DNA from: Vicinamibacterales bacterium
GTDB lineage: Bacteria; Acidobacteriota; Vicinamibacteria; Vicinamibacterales; SCN-69-37
Length of the DNA: 64,000 bases
Direction: 5' to 3'
Assembly (NCBI GenBank): GCA_035279905.1
Contig: DATEGZ010000257.1
Span: 30,086 to 94,085, forward strand
Shown in pieces: positions 36,964-46,253 of the stretch (position 1 is the stretch's first letter; each line of letters begins with the position of its first letter). Both the position numbers and the translations under genes were made by a program. The notes below the pieces were generated by a model. The model searched no databases. It was not told where the DNA came from and saw nothing but the letters and a program-made list of their open reading frames with translations.

Positions 36964-37857
36964 ATGACTTCACGCAGGCAACCGCTCGTCGTCGCCGTCG
37001 TCGCGCTGTCGCTCTGCGCCGCGACTGCGCTCACCGCACAGCGCGAGACGCGCGAGAAACGCATCCTCGTCACGGTGACCGGCAAGGACGATGCCCCGGT
37101 GAAGGATCTCGCGGTGACCGACTTCAAGGTGCGCGAAGACGGCGTCTCGCGCGAGGTGCTCCGCGTCCAACCTGCGGCAGACCCGATGTCGGTGGTGCTG
37201 CTCGTCGACGACAGCGAGATCGCCGAGCTTTCCATCAACGAGATCCGTCAGGGCGTCTCGGCCTTCATCAAGCAGATCCTCGCGGCGAATCCGCAGAACG
37301 AGATCACGCTGATGACCATCGGCGATCGGCCGACGGTGGCGGTGCCGGCCAGCTCGAGCGCCGCATCACTCAACCGCGCCGTCGAGCGGATCTTCGCGCG
37401 GAAAGGGTCGGGGGCGTACGTGCTGCAGGGCATCACGGACGCGGCGAAGATCCTCACCAAGAAGGAAGCCATGCGGCGGCTCATCGTCGCGTTCGACATC
37501 GAGGACGGCACGGAGTTCAGCAACGACTCGCACGAGTCGGTGACTACCGCGCTCAAAAACGCCAGGTCGATGCTCTGGACCGTGGTGCTGCAGGAAAGGC
37601 ACGTCAATCCGACGACGCCCGAAGCCCGCGAGCGCGCCATGGTGCTCACCGACGTGGCCGTGGCCAGCGGCGGCGGCAGCAAGGCCGTGCTCACGCGCAT
37701 GGCGATTCCGCAGGGCCTCGCGTGGGCCGCCACGATGCTGACCAGCCAGCTCGATCTGGGCTACAGCCATCCGGAGTCGCTGATTCCGGCGTCGAAGCTC
37801 GAGGTGGACGTCACGCGGAAAGACGTGCGCCTCTTCGCGCCGCATTGGGGTTCCTAG
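36964..37857 (+). CDS. VWFA-related acidobacterial-domain protein (TIGR03436-like), MIDAS-less, exported
   Basis: ATG 36964, with TATACT 18 nt upstream. Signal MTSRRQPLVVAVVALSLCAATALTAQ. Module RILVTVTGKDDAPVKDLAVTDFKVREDGVSREV. The MIDAS position reads VDDSEI. Confidence 0.7.
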   Translation: MTSRRQPLVVAVVALSLCAATALTAQRETREKRILVTVTGKDDAPVKDLAVTDFKVREDGVSREVLRVQPAADPMSVVLLVDDSEIAELSINEIRQGVSAFIKQILAANPQNEITLMTIGDRPTVAVPASSSAASLNRAVERIFARKGSGAYVLQGITDAAKILTKKEAMRRLIVAFDIEDGTEFSNDSHESVTTALKNARSMLWTVVLQERHVNPTTPEARERAMVLTDVAVASGGGSKAVLTRMAIPQGLAWAATMLTSQLDLGYSHPESLIPASKLEVDVTRKDVRLFAPHWGS

Positions 37858-38783
37858 TGCGGCGCGTTCCGCTCGCGATTGCCGCGGTCCTGGCGGTGCT
37901 CTTTGCCGCCACGGGACAAGCCGCGCGCCAGGAGGTCTTCCGCGGCGGCACGGACACGGTGCAGCTCAACGTCACCGCGATCGACGCCGCGCAGCACTTC
38001 GTGAGCGGGCTGGGCAAGGACGACTTCCAGATCTTCGAGGACGGCGTGCTGCAGGACGTCACGCTCTTCTCGGCGGAGCGCCAGCCCATCGCGCTCTCGA
38101 TCCTGCTCGACTCGAGCACGAGCATGGACACCAAGCTCGCCGTGGCGCAGGAAGCCGCGATCGGCTTCGCCCGGCGGCTCGGCCCGCGCGATCTGGCCGA
38201 GGTCATCGACTTCGACAACCACGAGCGCATCCTGCAGGACTTCACGGCGGACCACGTCGCGCTCGAGAAAGCGATCCGCCAGACGGCGGCGGGCGGCTCG
38301 ACGTCGCTCTACGACGCGGTCTACATCGCGCTGCGGGATCTCGGCCGCCAGCGCGCCGCCTGGGGCGACCAGGTGCGGCGTCAGGCCGTGGTCGTCCTGT
38401 CCGACGGCGAAGACACCGCGAGTCTCAAGAACTACGACGATGTGCTCGACGAGTCGAAGCGCGCGGAGGCCGTGATCTACGCGATCGGCCTGCGGTCGAA
38501 GGAAGAGATGTCGCCGCGTCACGGCTACAGCGAGGGCGACTTCGTGATGCGCTCGCTCGCGACGGGCACGGGCGGCTGGGCGTTCTTCGTCGAGGATCTG
38601 ACGCAGCTGGCCGCCGTCTACGTGAAGATCGCGGACGAGCTCTCCAACCAGTACGTGATCGGCTACGTGTCGAAGAACAAGAAGCACGACGGCACGTGGC
38701 GCAAGGTCGCGGTGCGCGTGACCAAGCCCGACGTCAACGCGCGCACGCGCAGCGGATACTACGCCCCGGCGGCCAATCGGTGA
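37857..38783 (+). CDS. VWA domain protein (TIGR03436-like) with intact MIDAS, exported
   Basis: GTG 37857 overlaps the upstream TAG by 1 nt. Signal peptide, FRGGTDTVQLNVTAIDAAQHFVSGLGKDDFQIFEDG module, DSSTSM (DxSxS), and later GGSTSLYDA and LSDGEDT. Confidence 0.8.
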   Translation: MRRVPLAIAAVLAVLFAATGQAARQEVFRGGTDTVQLNVTAIDAAQHFVSGLGKDDFQIFEDGVLQDVTLFSAERQPIALSILLDSSTSMDTKLAVAQEAAIGFARRLGPRDLAEVIDFDNHERILQDFTADHVALEKAIRQTAAGGSTSLYDAVYIALRDLGRQRAAWGDQVRRQAVVVLSDGEDTASLKNYDDVLDESKRAEAVIYAIGLRSKEEMSPRHGYSEGDFVMRSLATGTGGWAFFVEDLTQLAAVYVKIADELSNQYVIGYVSKNKKHDGTWRKVAVRVTKPDVNARTRSGYYAPAANR

Positions 38784-40312
38784 CCCCGACCGGACGCGTC
38801 TTCATCATCGGCGCCGGTCCAGGCGACCCCGGCCTCATCAGCGCGCGCGGCCTGAAGCTGCTCGCCGACGCGGACGTCGTCGTCTACGACCGCGCGGTCG
38901 AGACGATGCTCCGCTGGGCGCGGCCCGACGCGGAGCGGATTGCCGCGGGCGCGCCGGCCGAGCGCGAGGTCGCGCAGGACGCGATCTCGATGCTGCTGGC
39001 GGAAAAGGCCCGCGACGGACACACCGTCGCGCGGCTCAAGTGGGGCGACGCGTTCGTCTTCGACAGCGGCGCCAAAGAGGCGCTCTTCCTCCACGAACAA
39101 GGCGTGCCGTTCGAAGTCGTGCCGGGCATCCCGGCGGCGATTGGCGCGACGGCCTACGCGGGCGTGCCGGTGACGTACCCGGGCGCGGGCGACGCGCTGG
39201 TGCTCCTGCGCGGCCAGGAAGCGGAGGCCGATTCGGCGCCCGACGTGGACTGGGGCGCGGTCGCGAAGCTCGACGGCACGCTCGTCTGCTACGCGGGCGG
39301 GCGCATGGTGCCGTCGATTCTGCAGTCGCTCGTGGACAACGGCGCGCCGATCGACACGTCGGCCGCGCTGATCTATCGCGGCACGCAACCCGCGCAGCGG
39401 ACGGTCTCGGGCACGATCGAAGAGCTGCTCGAGGCGTCAACGGCGACCACGGCCGCCGAGCCCGCGATTCTCGTCGTCGGCGAGGTGACGGTGCTGCGCG
39501 ATCACCTCCGGTGGTTCGACGAGCGCCCGCTCTTCGGGCGGAGGATCGTCGTCACGCGATCGCGGGAGCAGGCGCGCGATCTGGTCGAGGGCCTGGAGAA
39601 TCTCGGGGCCCAGGCGATCGAAGCGCCGACGTTCCGGATCGCGCCGCCGGAGGATCCGGAGTCGGTCGACCGGGCAGCGGCGTCGGTCGACGGCTACGAC
39701 TGGGTGATCTTCGAATCGGCGAACGCCGTCGCGCGCTTTTTCGCGGCGCTGCGGCGCGGGCCGCGCGATTTGCGCGCGCTCGGCCGCGTCTCGGTCTGCG
39801 CGATCGGCGCGTCCACGGCCGAGTGGCTCGGCGCCAACGGCATCCGGCCGGACGTCACCCTGCCGGAGTTCCGCGTCGAGGCCATCGGCGAAGCGCTCGG
39901 TGCCAAGGGCCCGCTGGCCGATCAGCGCGTCCTCATCGTCCGCCCCGATCATCTGCGCGACGTGCTGGCTGACGATCTGGGGCGGCGCGGGGCGAGCGTC
40001 ACTGATCTCGTCGCGTACCGCACGGCGCCCGAGTCCGCCGACTCGCCAGTCATCCAGGGCCTGTACGGGATGCTGCTCGAGGGCAAGATCGACGCGGTCA
40101 CGTTCACCAATCCGACGGCGGTGGGCGTGTTCGCATCGCTCTTCGGCCAGGATCAAGCCGCCGATCTGCTCAACACGACCACGGTCGCAGCGATTGGCCC
40201 GGTCACGGCCGCGGCCGCGACGGAGCTGGGCATCCGCACCACGCTCGTGCCGCTCACGTACACGGTGGACGGTCTCCTCGCCGCGCTCGTCGATCACTTC
40301 AAGAAGCTGTAG
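38780..40312 (+). CDS. cobA: uroporphyrinogen-III C-methyltransferase / uroporphyrinogen-III synthase fusion
   Basis: GTG 38780 overlaps the upstream stop (GTGA). N-terminal VFIIGAGPGDPGLISARGLKLLADADVVVYDR SAM-methyltransferase domain, followed by a HemD-like C-terminal half. Confidence 0.8.
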   Translation: MTPTGRVFIIGAGPGDPGLISARGLKLLADADVVVYDRAVETMLRWARPDAERIAAGAPAEREVAQDAISMLLAEKARDGHTVARLKWGDAFVFDSGAKEALFLHEQGVPFEVVPGIPAAIGATAYAGVPVTYPGAGDALVLLRGQEAEADSAPDVDWGAVAKLDGTLVCYAGGRMVPSILQSLVDNGAPIDTSAALIYRGTQPAQRTVSGTIEELLEASTATTAAEPAILVVGEVTVLRDHLRWFDERPLFGRRIVVTRSREQARDLVEGLENLGAQAIEAPTFRIAPPEDPESVDRAAASVDGYDWVIFESANAVARFFAALRRGPRDLRALGRVSVCAIGASTAEWLGANGIRPDVTLPEFRVEAIGEALGAKGPLADQRVLIVRPDHLRDVLADDLGRRGASVTDLVAYRTAPESADSPVIQGLYGMLLEGKIDAVTFTNPTAVGVFASLFGQDQAADLLNTTTVAAIGPVTAAAATELGIRTTLVPLTYTVDGLLAALVDHFKKL

Positions 40313-40320
40313 TTCTTCAG

Positions 40321-40445
40321 GTACGACCGGTACGACAAGTACGTCAGGTGCCTGGAGCGCGCTATCGCGGGCCAACATTCTTTTGGGTTTACTCAACGAA
40401 GCTGACAAAGATGCAGGTTCCTCGGACCTGACGTACGCGTCGTAC
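40321..40445. repeat. inverted arrays of GTACGAC-type units (9-nt period) flanking a 76-bp spacer
   Basis: Left arm GTACGACcgGTACGACaaGTACGTCAGGT (40321-40349). Right arm ACCTGACGTACgcGTCGTAC (40426-40445). This is a 20-bp inverted repeat with 2 mismatches. Confidence 0.7.
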
Positions 40446-40492
40446 GACACCAGTTAACCGTTGAGCAGGTCGCTGCGTAATAGCGGTACCCC

Positions 40493-42898
40493 ATGGGCGA
40501 GTTCCTGTCCGATCTCCGGTACGGCGTGCGCATGCTGCTCAAGCGGCCGGGCACGTCGCTCATCGCGATCGTCGCGTTTTCGCTCGGCATCGGCCTCACG
40601 ACGACGATGTTCTCGATCGTGCAGGGCGTGATTCTGCGCGGCCTGCCGTTCGAGGAAAGCGACCGTATCCAGCTCGTCTCGCGGGCGACAGTGAAGGAGC
40701 CGGCGCGCATCGACGGCGCGCCGCTCGACGACCTGGCGGACTGGCGCCGCCAGCAGAAGAGCTTCGAATCGCTCGCGGGCTACGGCGATGCCAACGTGAT
40801 CATGTCGACCGACGAGGGCTACCCGGAGCGCGTGCGCGGCCTGCGCATGACGCCCAACACGCTCAGCGTGCTTCGCGTGCGTCCGATTGTCGGGCGGGAT
40901 TTGTCCGACGCGGATGCGGCGCCGGGGGCACAACAGGTGGCGCTCATCGGCTACCAACTTTGGCAGACGCGCTTCGCCGCCAATCCCGCGGTGAGCGGCA
41001 CGACGATTCGCGTCAACGGCACGCCGACCATCATCGTCGGCGTCCTGCCGGAGAAATTCGGCTTTCCCGAAGCGGCGCAAATGTGGCTGCCGGCGGACGC
41101 GACGCCGCCCGTTCAACGCGGCGGCGGATCGCGGCTGCGCGTGATCGGCCGGCTTCGCCCGGGCGTGACTCAGGAAGCCGCTCGAGCGGAAATGGCCGGC
41201 ATCGGGCGGCAGCTCGCGACGACGTATCCGGAGAACAAGGACGTCATCGTCAACGTCGCGCGGCTCATCGACACGATGATCCCGACGCGGATCCGCACGA
41301 CGTTCTACGCGATGATGACGGCCGTCCTCGGGGTGATGCTGATCGCGTGCGTGAACGTCACGAACCTGCAGGTGGCGCGCGCCGCCGAACGCGCGAAAGA
41401 GTTTGCCGTCCGCACGGCACTCGGATCGGGCAAGTGGCGCGTCGTCCGGCAATCGCTCGCGGAGGGTGTCGTCCTGGCGGTCATCGGCGCGGCGGGCGGC
41501 CTGGCCATCGCGCAAGCCGCCGTGATCTACTTCATGCGCGCGATCGTCGACACGCAGCCGCCGTTCTTCATCGACGTCAAGCTCGATCCGACGGTACTCG
41601 TGTTCGTCACGGCGATTACCGCCGCAGCCGCGATCATCTCGAGCGTCGGTCCCGGCCTTGGCGTCGCGCGATCCGATACCAACGCCATTCTCAAAGACGA
41701 CACGCGCGGCACGACCAGCTTGCGGATGGGCCGCTTCGGACGCTGGCTGGTCGTCGTCGAGGTGGCCGTGTCATGCACGCTGCTGGTGGTGTCCGGCCTC
41801 ACGATTCGCAGCATCCTGCTGAACAGCCGGCTCGACTACCCGTTCGCGACGCGCGACGTGTTCTTCGGGAACACGTATTTCGAGTCGCGCACCCATCCGG
41901 ACATGCCGGCCGTGGTGCGCGCGGCGGACCAGCTCGAGGAGGGGCTCGCGCGGCTTCCGGGCGTGCGATACGTCGCGCTCGCCACCGCGACGCCTGGGAC
42001 CGGCGGGACGCCGTCGTTCGGCCTCGAGGGCCAGACGTACGCGTCGGCCGATGCGCAGCCGCGAGCGCAGCAGATCGCGGCGACGGCCGGATACTTCGAC
42101 ACGCTCGACATCACGCTGCGACAAGGCCGGCTGTTCGGGCGCGCGGACAACGCGGGAGCGGATGCCGTCGCGGTGGTCGACGAGGCGTTCGCGGCGCGGC
42201 ACCTGGCCGGCGGCGCAGCGATCGGGCGTCGAATCAAGTTCAGCGGCGAGAAGTCGCCGTGGCTCACAATCGTCGGCGTCGTCTCGAGCGTCGTCGTCGC
42301 GCAGCGTGCGGACCAGATCGTGGAAACGGTGTATGTACCGTACGCCCAGCTTCCGCAGCGATCGTTCACGATCCTGGCGCGCACCAACGCCGATCCGGTG
42401 ACGTTGACGTTGGCCGTGCGCGCGGCGCTGGTGGCCGTGAATCCGGAGGCGTCGGTGAACTCGCCCAACTCGCTCTCGGCCGAGTTGTGGCGGCAGAGCT
42501 GGGCGTCGCGGCTGTTCGGCGGGATCTTTCTCGCGTTCGGCGCGGCGGCGCTGATCCTCGCCGCGGCCGGGCTCTACGGCGTGATGGCGTTCACCGTCCG
42601 GCGGCGGACCCACGAGATCGCCGTTCGCATGGCGCTCGGCGCCCACCGGCGCGGTGTGCTGGGCATGGTGCTGTGGCAGGGCTGCTGGCGCGTCGCGCTC
42701 GGCGTCGCGATCGGCCTCGTGCCCGGCTGGTACCTTGCCACGTTCATGCGCGCGCTGCTGCAGAACGTGTCGGCGACCGATCCGGTCGTGTTCGTCACGA
42801 CCGCGATCACGCTGCTGGCCGCGGGCGCCGTCGCCAGCCTGGTCCCGGCGATGCGCGCCTCGTCGGTCGATCCGCTCACGGCGCTGCGAACGGACTAG
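40493..42898 (+). CDS. ADOP-family duplicated orphan permease (MacB/FtsX-like)
   Basis: 801 aa. The N-terminus DLRYGVRMLLKRPGTSLIAIVAFSLGIG is typical of ADOP proteins. Duplicated FtsX units. Confidence 0.85.
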   Translation: MGEFLSDLRYGVRMLLKRPGTSLIAIVAFSLGIGLTTTMFSIVQGVILRGLPFEESDRIQLVSRATVKEPARIDGAPLDDLADWRRQQKSFESLAGYGDANVIMSTDEGYPERVRGLRMTPNTLSVLRVRPIVGRDLSDADAAPGAQQVALIGYQLWQTRFAANPAVSGTTIRVNGTPTIIVGVLPEKFGFPEAAQMWLPADATPPVQRGGGSRLRVIGRLRPGVTQEAARAEMAGIGRQLATTYPENKDVIVNVARLIDTMIPTRIRTTFYAMMTAVLGVMLIACVNVTNLQVARAAERAKEFAVRTALGSGKWRVVRQSLAEGVVLAVIGAAGGLAIAQAAVIYFMRAIVDTQPPFFIDVKLDPTVLVFVTAITAAAAIISSVGPGLGVARSDTNAILKDDTRGTTSLRMGRFGRWLVVVEVAVSCTLLVVSGLTIRSILLNSRLDYPFATRDVFFGNTYFESRTHPDMPAVVRAADQLEEGLARLPGVRYVALATATPGTGGTPSFGLEGQTYASADAQPRAQQIAATAGYFDTLDITLRQGRLFGRADNAGADAVAVVDEAFAARHLAGGAAIGRRIKFSGEKSPWLTIVGVVSSVVVAQRADQIVETVYVPYAQLPQRSFTILARTNADPVTLTLAVRAALVAVNPEASVNSPNSLSAELWRQSWASRLFGGIFLAFGAAALILAAAGLYGVMAFTVRRRTHEIAVRMALGAHRRGVLGMVLWQGCWRVALGVAIGLVPGWYLATFMRALLQNVSATDPVVFVTTAITLLAAGAVASLVPAMRASSVDPLTALRTD

Positions 42899-43902
42899 AG
42901 CGCCTTTCCTCCAAAGAACGACGGCAGCGCCACGTCCCGCATGGTGCGAAGCCCCGGCGGTGCGGCGAGCACTTTCGGAATCGAATTGACGGTGATCGAC
43001 GTCGTCGCGATGTCGCCGTGAACGCCGCCGGCGAGCTTCATCGAAAGCGGCGGCTTGCCGGCGATGCGCACGGCGTCGTACGACTCCGGCGCGCCGAGGT
43101 ACGCCTCCATGTGCAGCTTGATGATCGGCTGGCCTTTCCGGTAGCCGACGCCGTCCTGGATCAAGCCGGCGACCTGGCCGGCTTCGACGGTGAGGAACTC
43201 GCTCGTCACGCGCTTCTCGGCGATCTTCGGCTGGATGTCGTCGGTCACGCGGTCGAGCTTCCAGCCCATCGCGTCGGCGATCATCGTGATCGATTCGGCG
43301 AGGCCGACGTGGCGGACGGTGCCGTCCTTGACGCGGTCCATGAACTGCTCGCGCGTGTCGCCCGCGCCGATTTTCTTCTGGAACGGCAGCCGGCGGACGC
43401 GCGCGTCCTGCACGCGATCTACTTCGATGGCCTGCACGCTCTCGCAGACGCCCGTCAGCATGATCGGCAGCGCGTCCATGAGGAAGCCGGGGTTGACGCC
43501 GGTGCCGAGCACGGCGACGCGGCTGCGCTTGGCGAGCGCGTCGATCTTCTTCGCGGCCGACGCGTTGCTCTTCACGGGATACGCGAGCTCTTCGGTCGTC
43601 GAGACGATCGGCACTTTCAGCTTCAGCACGGCCTCGAACTCGGGGACGACTTTCTTGAGCGACGAGCTCGTGCACAGCACCGCGACGTCCGGACGCGAGG
43701 CCTTGATGGCTTTCGCGATGTCGTCGGCGACCTTCACGTTGAGCTTGCGCCCGACGCTGCACACCTCGCCCAAATCCTTGCCGGCCTTGGCCGGATCGAT
43801 GTCCACGGCGCCGACGATGAGAAACCCTTTGCGACTGGCGACCTGACGCACGACCCCGGCACCGATGGGCCCAAGACCGATGTGAATGACTCTGATAGGC
43901 AA
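42895..43902 (-). CDS. NAD(P)-binding dihydrodipicolinate-reductase-like protein (2,4-diaminopentanoate / amine dehydrogenase family)
   Basis: TTG start preceded by GGAG. Rossmann N-terminus IRVIHIGLGPIGAGVV. 335 aa. Confidence 0.65.
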   Translation of the reverse strand: MPIRVIHIGLGPIGAGVVRQVASRKGFLIVGAVDIDPAKAGKDLGEVCSVGRKLNVKVADDIAKAIKASRPDVAVLCTSSSLKKVVPEFEAVLKLKVPIVSTTEELAYPVKSNASAAKKIDALAKRSRVAVLGTGVNPGFLMDALPIMLTGVCESVQAIEVDRVQDARVRRLPFQKKIGAGDTREQFMDRVKDGTVRHVGLAESITMIADAMGWKLDRVTDDIQPKIAEKRVTSEFLTVEAGQVAGLIQDGVGYRKGQPIIKLHMEAYLGAPESYDAVRIAGKPPLSMKLAGGVHGDIATTSITVNSIPKVLAAPPGLRTMRDVALPSFFGGKAL

Positions 43903-43955
43903 GTGGAATACTCCTCGTTCAGCGTCAACATGCTAGCATTGCGCCGACCCGCCCC

Positions 43956-44876
43956 ATGACGCCGTCTCCTTCAGCCGACCGCCGCGCGATCGGGGTACTC
44001 GGCGCGTTCGTTGAAGGCTGGCGGCGCGCGTTACGAGCGCCGGCGATCTGGATCGGCCTCTTCACCATGACGTTGCTGCTGGTGTGGGCCATCAGCGATG
44101 TCGCGGGGTTTGGGACGCTCCGGGGCCGCCTGATGACGCCAGGCATCGATCTCCAACTCCGTGACTTCGCGGAGGACGTGCTGGCGCTGGGCGGCCCGCT
44201 GGCCGGCGAGAGCGTCGCCCTGGACGAGCGCGTGATGGCGCGCGCGGTCGCCGCGCGGACGATCGGCCAGGTCCTGGTCCTCATCTTTCTCTTCGGCGGC
44301 GTGCTCGATCGCCTGGCCCGCGGCCGGCGCGTCGGTCCGGCGGCCTTCTTCGGCGCTTGTGGCGGCTACTTCGGCCGGCTCCTGCGTCTGTACGTCCTCG
44401 TCGGGCTGGCCTACTGGACGGTGGCGCGCGCGACGGCGAGCGTCCCTGCTCTCGGCATCGTGTTGTTCGCGCTCGTGAATCTCGTCGCCGATTTCGCCAG
44501 AGTCCGCGCCGTGGTCGAGGATCGGCGCAGCGCGGTCGGCGCGCTGCTCGCCTCCGGCCGCTTCTTGCGAAGGCACGCCGTGGCCGCGCTCGGCCTGTCC
44601 GTGATGAGCCTGATCGCGTGGAAGGCCCTCAACTGGGCGGTGGTGACGGTGATGGGTCCTGGCGGGCTCTCGTACCTGTCGGTGCTGCTGCTGGTGATCC
44701 TGATCTCGATCCTGGCGCAGATGGCGCTGGCCGCCAGTGAGATCGTCTACTTCCAGCACGCGCTCGCGCACGCCGACTACACCGCGGCGCCGCTGCCGAT
44801 CTGGCCGGACTCTCCCGCCGCGGAAGCGATCGAGAATCTCGTCGAGCAACGCGGACCGAGCGGCCCTGGGGCCTGA
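43956..44876 (+). CDS. polytopic membrane protein, unknown function
   Basis: 306 aa with several hydrophobic helices and normal composition. No motif recognised. Confidence 0.55.
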   Translation: MTPSPSADRRAIGVLGAFVEGWRRALRAPAIWIGLFTMTLLLVWAISDVAGFGTLRGRLMTPGIDLQLRDFAEDVLALGGPLAGESVALDERVMARAVAARTIGQVLVLIFLFGGVLDRLARGRRVGPAAFFGACGGYFGRLLRLYVLVGLAYWTVARATASVPALGIVLFALVNLVADFARVRAVVEDRRSAVGALLASGRFLRRHAVAALGLSVMSLIAWKALNWAVVTVMGPGGLSYLSVLLLVILISILAQMALAASEIVYFQHALAHADYTAAPLPIWPDSPAAEAIENLVEQRGPSGPGA

Positions 44877-44894
44877 TTGATATCATTCACGCCT

Positions 44895-45650
44895 ATGTCG
44901 AGTCGCGCTGATCGCATTGTCGCCTGGCTTCGTGAGCGCGCGGAATCCGCCGGCGCGCGCGGTTTCGTGTTTGGCCTGAGCGGGGGCATCGATTCCGCCG
45001 TGGTCGCGCGATTGTGCCAGCTCGCGGCGCCGTCGCGGGTGCTGGGCGTGCTGCTGCCCTGCTACAGCCATCCTCAGGACGAGGAGGACGCGCGTCTGGT
45101 GGCGTCGGCGTTCAACCTGCCGCTCGCGCGCGTGGATCTCGGGCCGGCCTTCGACGCGTTGACTGAAGCGCTGCAACACGCCGTGAAGGGACTGCCGACG
45201 CACGTCGACACGGTCGACATCAAGCAGCAGCTGCCGGAAGCGAACACGAAGCCGCGGCTTCGCATGACGTCGCTGTACTTTCTGGCGAACTCGTTGAACT
45301 ACCTCGTGGCCGGCACGGGCAACCGCAGCGAAATCACGCTCGGCTACTACACGAAGTACGGCGACGGCGGCGTCGACCTGCTGCCGATTGGCGCGCTGCT
45401 CAAGAGCGAGGTGCGCTCGCTCGCGCGCGAGCTGGCCGTGCCCGCGCGCGTGATCGACAAACCGCCGACCGCGGGGCTCTGGGTCGGCCAGACCGACGAG
45501 GCGGAGATGGGCTTCTCGTACGACGCGCTCGAGAAGTACCTTGCCGAGGGCCCGAAGGCGGTGCCGGCCAACGTCGCCGAGCGCATCGAGCGCCTGCAGC
45601 GGGCGTCCGACCACAAGCGCGCGATGCCGCCGATCGCGCCGATCGCCTGA
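44895..45650 (+). CDS. nadE: NH3-dependent NAD+ synthetase
   Basis: PP-loop FGLSGGIDSAV. ATG 44895 lies 8 nt after a TATCAT hexamer (44881-44886). ATG 44877 is an alternative start. Confidence 0.85.
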   Translation: MSSRADRIVAWLRERAESAGARGFVFGLSGGIDSAVVARLCQLAAPSRVLGVLLPCYSHPQDEEDARLVASAFNLPLARVDLGPAFDALTEALQHAVKGLPTHVDTVDIKQQLPEANTKPRLRMTSLYFLANSLNYLVAGTGNRSEITLGYYTKYGDGGVDLLPIGALLKSEVRSLARELAVPARVIDKPPTAGLWVGQTDEAEMGFSYDALEKYLAEGPKAVPANVAERIERLQRASDHKRAMPPIAPIA

Positions 45651-45694
45651 CTTCGTACTACAATGCGCGCGTTTTGTTTCTTCTGGAGGTCTTC

Positions 45695-46144
45695 ATGCGC
45701 CGTGTGATTACCCGCTCGATGCTTTTCGCTACGCTCGCCGCCATCATTCCCGTCGCCATGCTCGCGGCTCAAGCCAGACCCAACGTCAAGCTCGGGCTGT
45801 GGGAGACCGTGATGACGATGGAGGGCATGGGCCCGGGGCAGCCGCAAAAGCTCTGCATCACTGCCGCGAAGCTCGCGAACGGCGCGTTCGATGAAGTGCC
45901 CAACCAGGAATGCAAGCGCACCGTGACGGGCTCGACCGCGACCTCGATGGACGTCTCTGAAGCGTGCGCGAACCCGAAGGACCCGGCGATGACCGGCACG
46001 GGCACGCTGCACATTCAGGTCCTGACCCCCGAGAGCGTCAAGGGCACGCTGGCCACAAAGCTATCGATGGGCGGCCGCGCGATGACGATGAACGGCACGT
46101 TCACGTCGAAGTTCGTCTCGGCCGACTGCGGGAGCATTAAGTAG
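45695..46144 (+). CDS. DUF3617-like secreted/lipoprotein
   Basis: ATG 45695 is preceded by GGAGG, with TACAAT further upstream. Signal peptide and the pattern GLWE...C...C...G. Confidence 0.6.
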   Translation: MRRVITRSMLFATLAAIIPVAMLAAQARPNVKLGLWETVMTMEGMGPGQPQKLCITAAKLANGAFDEVPNQECKRTVTGSTATSMDVSEACANPKDPAMTGTGTLHIQVLTPESVKGTLATKLSMGGRAMTMNGTFTSKFVSADCGSIK

Positions 46145-46157
46145 GACGAGTGCCTAA

Positions 46158-46252
46158 CTTAGAACTTAGAACTCAAAACTTAGAACTGCAGATTGTCACG
46201 CGTAATTCGTGTGATCCTCTGTAGTTCTAAGTTCTAAGTTTCAAGTTCTAAG
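46158..46252. repeat. AT-rich imperfect palindrome built from TTAGAAC-type heptamer arrays, filling a convergent junction
   Basis: Left arm CTTAGAA CTTAGAA CTCAAAA CTTAGAA CTGCAG. Right arm CTGTAG TTCTAAG TTCTAAG TTTCAAG TTCTAAG. Flanked by stop codons at 46142-46144 and 46254-46256. Confidence 0.85.
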
Positions 46253-46253
46253 T

